Source of the DNA: Azolla caroliniana
Lineage: Eukaryota > Plantae > Polypodiophyta
Length of the DNA: 64,000 nt
Assembly: GCA_043228905.1 (NCBI GenBank)
Contig: JBHGNT010000002.1
Location: 4,774,001-4,838,000, forward strand
Reading direction: 5' to 3'
Shown here: piece after piece, positions 1 through 10,176 of the stretch
How positions within the stretch are numbered: the first letter of the stretch is position 1
Layout of the letters: the number at the start of each line of letters is the position of its first letter
Made by a program: the position numbers and the translations under genes
The notes under the pieces: model-generated
The model's input: the letters and a program-made list of their open reading frames with translations, nothing else
What the model was told of the DNA's origin: nothing
The model's database searches: none

Positions 1-700
1 CCGTTATCCAGCACCTTCGTCTCCATGCATGTTGCCATAATGTACGGTTCTCCGAGTATTACCGGATGTGAGGATGTCTCCTGCACGATGAAGTGCTGGT
101 CAATCTTGACATCACCAATTTTCACCCGTACATTTGGGCAGGCCCCGTGTAGCTCCTCTGTGGCGTGCGTCGCCGCTCGTTTTTTCCACCTGTGCTTGGT
201 GTTGATCGGCCACTTGCCCTTCTTGTAGAAGTCCATAGACATCAGGTTGATCTCCGAACCGTGGTCTACCAACGCCACCACCGGTTCCTGGACGTCTCCG
301 ATCCGAACCGGGGTCTCCGTAGTGGCCCTTGCCCAGTGCAGCTTCGAATAGTGGCTTTCCGCCAACTCGTCTTCTAGAGCCATATCTTCTAGGTGTGTCG
401 TTCGCACCTCCACCGGCTTCTCCAGCTCCGGCTCCATCGAAAGCCTTTTTCGCTTCACGAAATCCACGATGGAGTCATGGAATTCTTTCTTGGCGATACC
501 AAGCACTTCCCTCAGCGACAGCTCCACCTTGCTGTCGAGGATTCGTTCCTCAAGGACCTTTCGTAGGTCCGTCGTTCTTTTTATCTTGGTCCTCAACCGG
601 TAACCGTCTTTCTTTGTTTTATCCGGTCTGCCGGAAGTACCAATGTCATGCCTTTCGGCTCCGGATCATTGTGTGAGTCGGGTGGGAACCGCTGAGGTTT
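1..700 (-). pseudogene. Degenerate gag-protease fragment of the same Gypsy family as 2870-10176
   Basis: Colinear nucleotide similarity to about 7330-7950 (e.g. ggccccgtgtagctcctc, gacagctccaccttgctgtcgaggat); cut by the window edge. More gag-like sequence resumes at about 1400-1715 after an AT-rich insertion. Confidence 0.8.
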
Positions 701-1399
701 TGGACTAGGAAGAGGAGAGTTTTAAGGCTAATAAGAATATAAATAGATTATAATAAAGAGATATAGAAAACTTGTGAATCCCACAAGGATAATGAATTTT
801 ATTAATCAATATATATATATAAGAATATGAATTTGGATTCAAGGAGAAGGATATAGAAATCTCGTGAATCCCACAAGTATAGTTTATTTCATGAATCCCA
901 CGAATATATTTTATTAATTGGTGTATTTTAGAAATATATCCAATTTCCAAATATTCTACACACCCCCTTACATTGTGCTCCCCATCCTTATATAATGATG
1001 AGAGAGTCTTAGTAATCCATGTTTTTCTATCAATAGACTATATGCTTTATCTAAAAGTAATCATACTTTTTCTAACTTGATGCGTTTTTATCGACTATAG
1101 TGTTCATGCACGCTAGATTTGCATGTGTAGCTTTTTCTTTTATCATGCATTTTCTTCTAACTAAAGTTTATCCTAGTGTGCACTTACCTTTCTATGTGGG
1201 ACGTCTACTTTTTTAACACTAATGATATGTTAGTGTAATGGTAAAGCTTCACATTATGTACATGGAGGTACAAGGTTTGAATCTTGCCCTATCCATGTAT
1301 GACGTATTTTAACATTTTCTTTTATTTTTTCATATTTATTGAATCGGTTATTTTATACATTTTTCACGTAGTGTACGAAATACACTACGACACTAACAT

Positions 1400-1715
1400 C
1401 ATTCTGCTTTGGCCCAAACTGGGTCTCGTACTGCTGCGAGGGTCCGACCCCTCTGGTCTTCCCCGCACGCTTGTTTTCTACCAGAACTTCATAGTTCTAG
1501 CACGCGGCTTCCATGAAGCTGGTCTTTTCCTCAACCGGATCGCTCCACCCGATGACCTCCCGGACCCGTCTGTCTGTGCAGTCTGCTTCCTCCTTCCTCA
1601 ACCGCACGTTGGCGAGGCCTTCTAGCACCAACGGCTAGAACTCAAAGTCCTTCGTCTCCAGCCTTCGTCTCTCCCGAATCGGATTCCTGCCGACGCCGAG
1701 TAGTGGATGGTCTCC
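1400..1715 (-). pseudogene. Continuation of the degenerate Gypsy gag fragment
   Basis: Similar to about 7990-8290 (gggtctcgta, gccgacgccgagtagtg). Confidence 0.7.
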
Positions 1716-1719
1716 ATCG

Positions 1720-2781
1720 TCCATATGGCCTTCTACACCCACTTCCAATTCCCATTTGACCTTGGGCATCTCTCTCCATGGACTTTATCACCGACCTTCC
1801 TCGGGTCGGTGACCATGACACGGCGCTAGTGGTCGTCGATCGGTTTTCGAAGATGGCTCACTTTGTCCCATGTTTTGTCACGGATAGATCATAAGCTCAA
1901 GTGAAAAGAAAGAAGATAGACAAATGGATGAGTAGTATTAACAAAAAGACTCCATAACTGGTGTTGTTCACCTAGAAATTCCTTCAAGGTGAACTCCTCT
2001 ATTTATACTACATGGCATGCATACTTGTTGCACGCATGTGAATCTACAATAGAGCATGTAGGTATGCATGCATGTGCCAAGTGTAAATACTACAAGGGAG
2101 CAACTATGCACATGATGCTAGCAAAACAATAAGGACCAATTACATACATAACTGTGTAGTAGATATATTGGTTAACCAAATGATACTATATTATAACATG
2201 GTCGTGTCAAGAGTTCGAATCTTGACATGTTTGAACACCATTGCGGGGGAGGAGACGACTCACCTTTTTCTCAAAAATGTCGTCTAATTACACAACTTTC
2301 CTGAGGATGTCACTTCTAATCGAGGTCCTCAATTTATCTCCCACTTCTGGCGACGACTTCTACAAACATTTGGGATGTCTTTGAACTTGTCAACCGTGCA
2401 CCACCCTCAAACTGATGGCCAAACCAAAAGAGTCAACCAAATCCTCCAACAATACCTCCGGTGTACACTTAGCTACCAACAAGAGGATTGGGTGGACTTC
2501 CTTGTCATGGAGGAATTTGCCTACAAGAATAGTATCCTCGCCTCAACTAAGGTTTCCCCATTCTTTGCAAACTACGGTTTCCACCCTTATTTCAGCATTT
2601 CCATTCTGGACACTTCCGTCAATCCGTCGACCGAGAGGTTTTCCCACACCTTACAAGATGTCCACGTGACCTCTCCCTCGAGCTCCATGCCACTGGTAAA
2701 AAATATAAAGCTCACATTGACCGACATCGCTTGGTCACGCCGACCTTCGCAGTCGATGACATGGTTTGGTTGCTACATCGT
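1720..2781 (+). pseudogene. Degenerate chromovirus (Tf2/Tcn1-like) integrase fragment, split by a solo LTR
   Basis: Translates to [24 protein letters not shown] and HPQTDGQTKRVNQILQQYLRC; resembles the integrase at 56296-56700. Confidence 0.8.
1876..2227 (-). mobile_element. Solo LTR (352 bp) with 5-bp TSD TGTTT
   Basis: TGTCA...TGACA termini; TGTTT at 1871-1875 and 2228-2232; TATAAATA on the minus strand near 2000. Confidence 0.8.
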
Positions 2782-2869
2782 TGTTGGCATAAAAGGCCGA
2801 CTCCATTCACTTTGTATCCTAGTGTGAATTTGTTCATATAGTTAGGGCTTAGTATATAAGCGACAACGT

Positions 2870-3662
2870 TGTCGAGATATTATGCAAGTGCGTGTGGAAT
2901 CGAGGCGGGACCGCGGGGGTCTCGAACCAAAGAGCAAGCGAGGGAGGAGAAAGAGAGAGTACCGGCTACGCAGGACCGGGGATACACGGGGACACGGCCC
3001 TTCAGCACGGAGAACGCGAACAGACACCGACACAGACAGATGCGAATGACTAAATATGTGTATTAACAAAAATGGCTAACACGACTACAACCCTCGATGG
3101 GGCACAGGTTGGTTACAACCGAACAGGCCGGCGAACAGATGCCGATGCCTGTTCGCTTCGACGCACAAACGGGGTAGCAGGTCGGAGGTGCTGCCGGAAG
3201 CACTCGGGCGTTCCTCGAAACAGCGCGAGCCTCCTCGGAACCCTGCACAGAAAGCTATGGAGCTCAAGAAGGAAGGAAACAGAGAGAGAAGCGTCCAGAA
3301 ACGGTCCGACAGCACTTCGTCCTCTCCGCGCGAGATCCCTCCAACAGCTCTTTCCTGCTCCTTATATAGCCCGTTGAGCAGGCCGTCTTGTCAGCTTTAT
3401 TCCCTGTCCCTTTCGAACAGGAATCCGCTCCGTTCTTCACGCATCCGCGTAGTTACGCCGCCGACTCGTACAGTTCCTTCGCTCGCGCGCGCGACCGAAA
3501 AGACTGTTCGCGCGGTCTTTGTCTCCACTCGTGTTAGGGCCCGTTCCTGCCGATTATCCTCCTAATTCGCTTCTATGTACAACTTGGAGCGTGCGCGCGT
3601 GAAGAACCGGTTCCCACGCCTTGGCGCGCCGATTCCGCCTATGGACGGTTTTCTTCACGACA
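2870..3662 (-). repeat. 3' LTR of Gypsy-1
   Basis: Direct repeat of 9384-10176. Confidence 0.97.
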
Positions 3663-3733
3663 TCCGCCCCCACCTAACCGCGCATCCTCCGGTATGCGCC
3701 AAGAGAGTTGGGACGGAGAAAACCGGCCCGTCT

Positions 3734-6700
3734 TCATTCCTCGCCCGTCGGTTCTTCCTCGTTTCCGGATCGTTCGTCACTGCCGACCAGGAGAGCCGGG
3801 TCTGGCTCGTCGTCGTGTCGCTTCTTGAACGCTTTGATCCGCTTCCCCGCAACCGGTATCGCCACTCTCGTGCCGTCAAGTTCCGCCAGGTGATATGTCC
3901 CGTTGTCATTGGCGCTCCGTACCACGTAAGGCCCGAACCACCTACGTGCGAACTTCCTTGTAGCTCGGTGCTGGTTGTCGAGACTGCTGTCGTAGACGAG
4001 CACCCAGTCACCTTCTTCGATCTTCTTCGGTCGGAGCCGGTGCGTTCGGTCGAACCTGGCTTTGTTCTTTGCCCTCGCCACCCGGAGCCTCTCCGTAGCC
4101 AGTTCCACGTCCTCCGGTCTCCGCTCGAGTTGTCGTATACGCGCGGCCAACAACTCCTCCCGGCTCATCTCGTCCCTCCAGTCGACCGTCGCCCACGAGG
4201 AGATCGTCCGTTCCATCGGCATGATCGGCTTCTGGCCGAACATGAGCTCCGTCGGCATGTACCCGGTTACCGAACTGTGCGTGGTCCGGTCTGCCCACAA
4301 AGCATAAGGTAGCAGCCGCGGCCAGTTACCGACTCGGCCTCCGCATGCCCGAACCAACGCCTTGACGATCGGTCCGTGTCCGCGCTCCACCTTTCCATTC
4401 GCCTCCGGATTATACGCAGTGGTGAGCGAGAGCTTGACTCCCAGCCGGTCGAACAGCTCCGCGGCTTCTTCGGCGTCCAGCTCCCCTCGGTCAGCCACGA
4501 TCTTCCCGACGCACCCGTACCGGCATATCACGTCCTCGATTAGGAACCGGCATACGGCCGTGGTCGTTTTGTTCGGAAGGGCCCGGCCTTCCACCTGGTT
4601 CGTCAGATCCTCCCGCGCTAGGACCAGGTACCGCATCTGTCCTACCCCCATTGGCATCGTCACCAGATCTACCATCCATTTGAAACGGATGGTCGGAGGG
4701 TACGTAGGGTGAAGCTCGTCCCGGTGTCGGACTATGGAGTGCATCTGACAGCTCTCGCAAGTTGTCACGAACCGATGCACGTCCCGGTACTGCCCCGGCC
4801 ACCAATACTTCCCCTTCAGTTTCTCAAACGTAGCCCATGTCCCACGGTGTCCAGCCCAAGGGCTGTCGTGGTAGGCCGTCAGCAGCTCCTCCTGTTCTTC
4901 CTTCATCGCCACCACCCGGAGCGGAGCGCCGTCCCTCTTCTTCGGGTGCTTCCATAGGTAGCCGTCCCGGAGAAAGAACCGGTACGCTTTCTTCCGGATC
5001 CGGTTGGCCTCGTCCTTCGTCCACGACGCATCGGGCGTCATTGTCTTCAAAAACCCACCGATCTGCAGCCACTCCCTGTCGTACTTGCTCGCGTCGAAGT
5101 CGTTAAGCGCCGGAGTGCTTGTTCCGTCGGTTGTTACATACGCAGTCTCGAAGAAGTCCACGCCGACCTCTTCGTCCTCCGAAACCATGCCGCCCTCGTC
5201 ATCGAATCTCGCCCTTGAAAGCATGTCGGCCATGGCGTTGTCTTTCCCGGAAATGTGTCGTATTTCCGGGTCCAGGGACTTGATGTACGCTATCCACCTG
5301 AGCATTGCCAGGTCCGGCGTCGCGCATCCGGAAACCATGCCGAGAATCGGCATGCAGTCCGTCTCTATGATTACCTCCGTCCCGATCAGATAGTCCTTGT
5401 CGGCCTTCACCGCCGAAACGATACCCCAGAGTTCGCGTTTAACCTGGGCATATCCCCGTTGCCGCTCACTGAGGACCTTCGCGCCGAATCGGATCGGAAA
5501 CCGATTGCCGTCCTCGTCTTCTTGGTTGACGACCCACCCGATTCCGGTCGGACTCGTGTCAACCGTTATGTACACAGGGGTGCCCTTCCCGTAGACAGCC
5601 TTTCGGAGGGCCGGTGCTGCCGAAGGAGCCTCCTTCAGCTTCCGGACCGACTCCGTGTGCTCGTCTAGCCATTCGAATCTTCGCCCTTTCCTCAATAGTC
5701 CGTATAGCGGCTCCGCAACGTGGGCGTAATGCGGGATCCATATGTGGTAGAATGCGCATGCCCCCAGGAATCTTCGTACTTCCGTGACCGAGCCGCAGAC
5801 GGGCTTCATCGCGGAGATGGCTTCTACCTTTGCCGGAGACGGTTTCCGGCCATATGGCCCGCACAAATGTCCGACCACCATGATTTCCGACTGCCCGAAG
5901 GCAGACTTCTCCCCCGAGAAGGTGAGCCTCGCATCCTCTAGCCTTTGCAGCACCTTCTCGCAGTCGTCGATGTGCATTACCACGAATCGCCGGCATCCGT
6001 CCGGCCCGATCGTCTCGTCCCTCTCTTCCACCGGGCATCCCTTGATCGGGATGTCGTCTAGAAACGGCATGGTGATGTCCGGGATGCAGTCCCTCAGCAC
6101 CTTGTTCATTGCATTCACCATGTGGGCCACCGAGTTGGTCCCTCCTTGCGGCAGCGTACACATCCGCACGAGGCCGAGGGGAGTTCGCATCGTCGTGATG
6201 TCTCTGCTCTCCACGGCTAGCTGGAACTGGTCGTACCCTGAGTATAGATCACCAACCGAGTAAATCGACCTTCCGGCGAAGGCCTCCGCGAACTCGTCTA
6301 TGGTCGGTCCGATCCCTGCGTTCCGAATGGTCACCCTATTGACCGGTTGCAGGTCCTGAATGAAGCGCAATGATCCGTTTTTCTTTGGTACGGTAAACCA
6401 CCGGTTTGAATACGGGGCGCTCGACGGCTCGAGAATGCCCATATCAACTTTCTGCTTCAACAGCTCCATCAACTTCGGGATGTGAGCTCTCGGAACCGAA
6501 ATTGGCTTGAGATTCCACGGTACATGCGGTACCGTGAATATCACCATTGGCTCTACGATCGTCGGGTCTACGCACCCGATTTCCTCCGGTGAGAATGCGA
6601 AGGCTTTCCCGTGCCTTCCGAGCATTCTCCGGAACCGGTCTTCCTCCGCCGGCAGTAGGAACCCGCCCCCACCGATCTTCAGCTCGCGGAGCGTCTCGTT

Positions 6701-7090
6701 GGTGAAGGTGTGCCCTATGCAGGCCCGATCTCGTAAGCTGGGGTCCGATGCACCCCCTTTGATTCGGGATTCGCTGCCCTCCGGTAAGGGCACCGCAACT
6801 GGCCTCACCTTCCGGTCCACCGTCTTGTACTTTGTGCTCACTCGGGCCGTCCGTTCCGACTCGAGCCCTCGACCGAAGTCCGCGATGACTTCGTACATTT
6901 CTTCGGAACATACCGGTATCGTCCGGTCTTCGTTAAGGTATTCTTCGACTACCTTCCCCAGCATCCCCAAGGTGTCGTCGAAGGAGACTGCCTCCACGGC
7001 TCCGTTGATTCCTTCGTCAGGGCCGAGAACTCCGCACGCCCGAAGTCTCCCCTCCGTCTTTGTTTTCTCTCGGCCGGTGATGCCGACCAT
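3734..7090 (-). CDS. pol: Pol polyprotein (RT, RNase H, integrase) of Gypsy-1; probably expressed by -1 frameshift from gag-PR
   Basis: 1118-aa ORF: LPQG..FLDD RT motifs, TVDTS..ETDC RNase H, HHCC zinc finger, D-D-E core, GPY motif. The frame stays open upstream past the gag stop. Confidence 0.95.
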   Translation of the reverse strand: MVGITGREKTKTEGRLRACGVLGPDEGINGAVEAVSFDDTLGMLGKVVEEYLNEDRTIPVCSEEMYEVIADFGRGLESERTARVSTKYKTVDRKVRPVAVPLPEGSESRIKGGASDPSLRDRACIGHTFTNETLRELKIGGGGFLLPAEEDRFRRMLGRHGKAFAFSPEEIGCVDPTIVEPMVIFTVPHVPWNLKPISVPRAHIPKLMELLKQKVDMGILEPSSAPYSNRWFTVPKKNGSLRFIQDLQPVNRVTIRNAGIGPTIDEFAEAFAGRSIYSVGDLYSGYDQFQLAVESRDITTMRTPLGLVRMCTLPQGGTNSVAHMVNAMNKVLRDCIPDITMPFLDDIPIKGCPVEERDETIGPDGCRRFVVMHIDDCEKVLQRLEDARLTFSGEKSAFGQSEIMVVGHLCGPYGRKPSPAKVEAISAMKPVCGSVTEVRRFLGACAFYHIWIPHYAHVAEPLYGLLRKGRRFEWLDEHTESVRKLKEAPSAAPALRKAVYGKGTPVYITVDTSPTGIGWVVNQEDEDGNRFPIRFGAKVLSERQRGYAQVKRELWGIVSAVKADKDYLIGTEVIIETDCMPILGMVSGCATPDLAMLRWIAYIKSLDPEIRHISGKDNAMADMLSRARFDDEGGMVSEDEEVGVDFFETAYVTTDGTSTPALNDFDASKYDREWLQIGGFLKTMTPDASWTKDEANRIRKKAYRFFLRDGYLWKHPKKRDGAPLRVVAMKEEQEELLTAYHDSPWAGHRGTWATFEKLKGKYWWPGQYRDVHRFVTTCESCQMHSIVRHRDELHPTYPPTIRFKWMVDLVTMPMGVGQMRYLVLAREDLTNQVEGRALPNKTTTAVCRFLIEDVICRYGCVGKIVADRGELDAEEAAELFDRLGVKLSLTTAYNPEANGKVERGHGPIVKALVRACGGRVGNWPRLLPYALWADRTTHSSVTGYMPTELMFGQKPIMPMERTISSWATVDWRDEMSREELLAARIRQLERRPEDVELATERLRVARAKNKARFDRTHRLRPKKIEEGDWVLVYDSSLDNQHRATRKFARRWFGPYVVRSANDNGTYHLAELDGTRVAIPVAGKRIKAFKKRHDDEPDPALLVGSDERSGNEEEPTGEE

Positions 7091-7212
7091 CGTACATGCT
7101 CCGCTGTCGGAGAAGCAAAATTTCCTACCTATTGTACACGGTTTTATCGTACAGATGTGGGGTTTTTCCGGAGCATCCGGACTGTCGCGGCCCCACGCCT
7201 TGGCAGTCCTCT

Positions 7213-9366
7213 CTAAAAATCCTCTCGGTTTTCGGAACCGAGGGAATCGCGGTTACGTTCGTGGTTCGGCCGTACCGTCAGAAACTGGACCGAATGGCGC
7301 CCGTCTTGGCTTTTGACCCTTGCGTAGGCCGAACCATTGTCCAGCACTTTGGTCTCCATTCGCGCCGCCGTGATGTACGGCTCTCCCAGAATGACCGGAT
7401 GCGAAGACGTCTCCTGCACGAAGAAGTGCTGGTCAATCTCGACGTCGCCGATCTTGACTCGCACATTCGGACAGGCCCCGTGCAGTTCCTCGGTGGCGCG
7501 CGTTGCTGCCCTTATTTTCCACCCGTGCTTGGTGTTGATCGGCCATTTGCCCTTCTTATAGAAGTCCATGGACATCAAATTGATCTCCGATCCGTGGTCC
7601 ACCAAAGCTATCACCGGTTCCTGGACATCGCCGATCTTCACCGGGGTTTCCGTGGTCGCTCGGGCCCAGTGTGGTCTCGAATAGTGGCTTTCCGCCCACT
7701 CGTCTCCCAGCGCCATGTCGTCTAGGTGCGTCGTCCGCACTTCCACCGGTCTTTCCGGTTCTGTCTCCGTCGACAGCCTCTTCCGTTTCACCAAGTCCAC
7801 GATGGAGTCGTGGAACTCCTTCTTGGCAATTCCCAGCACCTCTCGTAACGACAGCTCCACCTTGCTGTCGAGGATCCGTTCCTCCAGGACCTTTCGTAAG
7901 TCCGTGGTCCTTTCTATCTCCGTCCCCAGACGGTACCCGCCCTTCTGGGGTTTATCTTGCGTACCGGCCCCGCCGGCTTCGTCCCGTCGTGGCCCGGACC
8001 GGGTCTCGTATCGTTGTGAGGGCCCGGTCGTCCCGGGTCTCCCCACCCGCTTTTCTTCTACCAGAGCCTCGTAGTTCTGGCAAGCGGCTTCCACGAAGCC
8101 CGTCCTTTCCTCGACCGGGTCGCTCCACCCGGTCATCTCCCGTACCCGTTTCTCCGCACGGTCCGATTCCTCCCCTTTAAGCCTTGCACCGGCAAGGCCT
8201 TCCAGCATCGTCGGCCAGAATCCGGCTTTGCTTTCCCTTCGGGCCTCGCCGCCCCCGACTCGAATGCCGGCCGACGCCGAGTAGTGAACGGTTTCCGCGT
8301 GTCGGGCCGCCGCCTCTTCCATCAACCTTTTCATACCACCTTTTCCGTCGTTTCGGCTTAGGGCCCTTCGGGTGTCGCTGGCATGCACCCGTCCTTCCCA
8401 CAGGTACACCACCCTGTTCCTCAACGCCTCCGCGAAGTCGCCGCAGTCCTTCCGAATGTGGCCGACCTCATCGCACCACATGCACCTGTTTCCTGCCGCC
8501 GGCCGTCGGTCACGAGCCGGTTCGCCTTCTTCCCTTCGGGCCTGCGCGATTTGGAGGTCCTTTATCGCCTTCGTCAATTCCTCCAGCGCCGCTCCTCCGG
8601 TTGAGCCTCTGACTACGCCGGTCGAAGCCGAACCGGTATCCAACCACTCTCGGGTCTCTTCCTTTCGCACCTGTGGCGCTGGTTCGAGCTTCCTTGCTGC
8701 GACCGAGCCCGACCCGGTTGCACCGTTATCCGCCCATTCTCGCCGTTTGTCGAAACGGCCACAGACCTTCCTGACAGCCGCCCAGTCGGTAGTGAGCCCG
8801 TCTTCGGTTTCCAGCAAGAGGCCCACGTGCTCCCGATCCCGTTCGTCGACCGACTTGACAAACAACAAGACCCGGCTCGTGTCCAGGATGGTTCGGTCGA
8901 GCGCCGAAAGGCGCGCAAAGTTTTCCTCGAACTCCCGGAGGAGCGCCGACGCGTTTCTTCCCTTCCCCGGGGACTCCACCCATTCCATGAACCTTCGCTT
9001 CGAAAGCCGGAGCGCGTCGTCCAGCCCGTATTTCTCTAGGAGCCGACCTTCGAACTCCTCCCAGGTACGGCTCTCCGTCCGCACCTCGAGCACCTCCGCA
9101 TGGATGCTCGGCATCGCCACTCGGGGAAATCCGGCAAGACGCCTTTCTTCCGGAATGTCCCGCATCAGCATCTCTGCACCGTAGGACGCCAAATACTTCG
9201 TGGCATCCTTCCCATCGAACCGGCCGATCGTGCCGACGACCGCCTCAATAGCTCTGTCGAGGGCACCGGTGATCTCGCGCGCGTTTACAATCCGATCCAC
9301 GGCCGAAGCCATGGCCTCTGCGAGATCCGACCCCCTCATCTTCTGCTCTTCTGCCGCCTCTTTCAC
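7213..9366 (-). CDS. gag: Gag-protease of Gypsy-1
   Basis: 717-aa ORF with zinc knuckle CMWCDEVGHIRKDC and aspartic protease motif ALVDHGSEIN...ILG. The annotated GTG start lies in the PBS; the true start may be the next ATG. Confidence 0.93.
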   Translation of the reverse strand: MKEAAEEQKMRGSDLAEAMASAVDRIVNAREITGALDRAIEAVVGTIGRFDGKDATKYLASYGAEMLMRDIPEERRLAGFPRVAMPSIHAEVLEVRTESRTWEEFEGRLLEKYGLDDALRLSKRRFMEWVESPGKGRNASALLREFEENFARLSALDRTILDTSRVLLFVKSVDERDREHVGLLLETEDGLTTDWAAVRKVCGRFDKRREWADNGATGSGSVAARKLEPAPQVRKEETREWLDTGSASTGVVRGSTGGAALEELTKAIKDLQIAQARREEGEPARDRRPAAGNRCMWCDEVGHIRKDCGDFAEALRNRVVYLWEGRVHASDTRRALSRNDGKGGMKRLMEEAAARHAETVHYSASAGIRVGGGEARRESKAGFWPTMLEGLAGARLKGEESDRAEKRVREMTGWSDPVEERTGFVEAACQNYEALVEEKRVGRPGTTGPSQRYETRSGPRRDEAGGAGTQDKPQKGGYRLGTEIERTTDLRKVLEERILDSKVELSLREVLGIAKKEFHDSIVDLVKRKRLSTETEPERPVEVRTTHLDDMALGDEWAESHYSRPHWARATTETPVKIGDVQEPVIALVDHGSEINLMSMDFYKKGKWPINTKHGWKIRAATRATEELHGACPNVRVKIGDVEIDQHFFVQETSSHPVILGEPYITAARMETKVLDNGSAYARVKSQDGRHSVQFLTVRPNHERNRDSLGSENREDF

Positions 9367-9379
9367 GTCGGGTTCACCA
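9363..9379 (-). promoter_or_regulatory. Primer-binding site complementary to the tRNA-Trp 3' end
   Basis: TGGTGAACCCGACGTGA, 4 nt after the 5' LTR; the same PBS occurs at 30138-30154. Confidence 0.85.
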
Positions 9380-9383
9380 AAGA

Positions 9384-10176
9384 TGTCGAGATATTATGCA
9401 AGTGCGTGTGGAATCGAGGCGGGACCGCGGGGGTCTCGAACCAAAGAGCAAGCGAGGGAGGAGAAAGAGAGAGTACCGGCTACGCAGGACCGGGGATACA
9501 CGGGGACACGGCCCTTCAGCACGGAGAACGCGAACAGACACCGACACAGACAGATGCGAATGACTAAATATGTGTATTAACAAAAATGGCTAACACGACT
9601 ACAACCCTCGATGGGGCACAGGTTGGTTACAACCGAACAGGCCGGCGAACAGATGCCGATGCCTGTTCGCTTCGACGCACAAACGGGGTAGCAGGTCGGA
9701 GGTGCTGCCGGAAGCACTCGGGCGTTCCTCGAAACAGCGCGAGCCTCCTCGGAACCCTGCACAGAAAGCTATGGAGCTCAAGAAGGAAGGAAACAGAGAG
9801 AGAAGCGTCCAGAAACGGTCCGACAGCACTTCGTCCTCTCCGCGCGAGATCCCTCCAACAGCTCTTTCCTGCTCCTTATATAGCCCGTTGAGCAGGCCGT
9901 CTTGTCAGCTTTATTCCCTGTCCCTTTCGAACAGGGATCCGCTCCGTTCTTCACGCATCCGCGTAGTTACGCCGCCGACTCGTACAGTTCCTTCGCTCGC
10001 GCGCGCGACCGAAAAGACTGTTCGCGCGGTCTTTGTCTCCACTCGTGTTAGGGCCCGTTCCTGCCGATTATCCTCCTAATTCGCTTCTATGTACAACTTG
10101 GAGCGTGCGCGCGTGAAGAACCGGTTCCCACGCCTTGGCGCGCCGATTCCGCCTATGGACGGTTTTCTTCACGACA
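9384..10176 (-). repeat. 5' LTR of Gypsy-1
   Basis: Direct repeat of 2870-3662; adjacent to the PBS. Confidence 0.97.

Larger units (their letters stand above)
2870..10176 (-). mobile_element. Intact, very young Ty3/Gypsy LTR retrotransposon (Gypsy-1, non-chromovirus, tRNA-Trp PBS)
   Basis: Two 793-bp LTRs (TG..CA) with one mismatch seen; 4-bp TSD ACGT; PBS; PPT at 3663-3672; uninterrupted gag-PR and RT-RH-IN ORFs. Confidence 0.97.

Noticed and set aside
705-970. AT-rich segment with three GAATCCCAC repeats as a distinct element
   Set aside because: No clear termini or TSD could be assigned; probably an LTR remnant.
1229-1290. Functional tRNA gene
   Set aside because: A/B boxes are present, but no convincing acceptor or anticodon stems; treated as tRNA-derived repeat sequence.
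2865-2869. 5-bp TSD AACGT for Gypsy-1
   Set aside because: It would require the LTR to lose its terminal A; the other LTR ends GACA, and Gypsy-2 shows only a 4-bp match.
3575-9580. Many plus-strand ORFs overlapping Gypsy gag and pol
   Set aside because: Antisense shadow ORFs of GC-rich coding sequence with no recognisable motifs.
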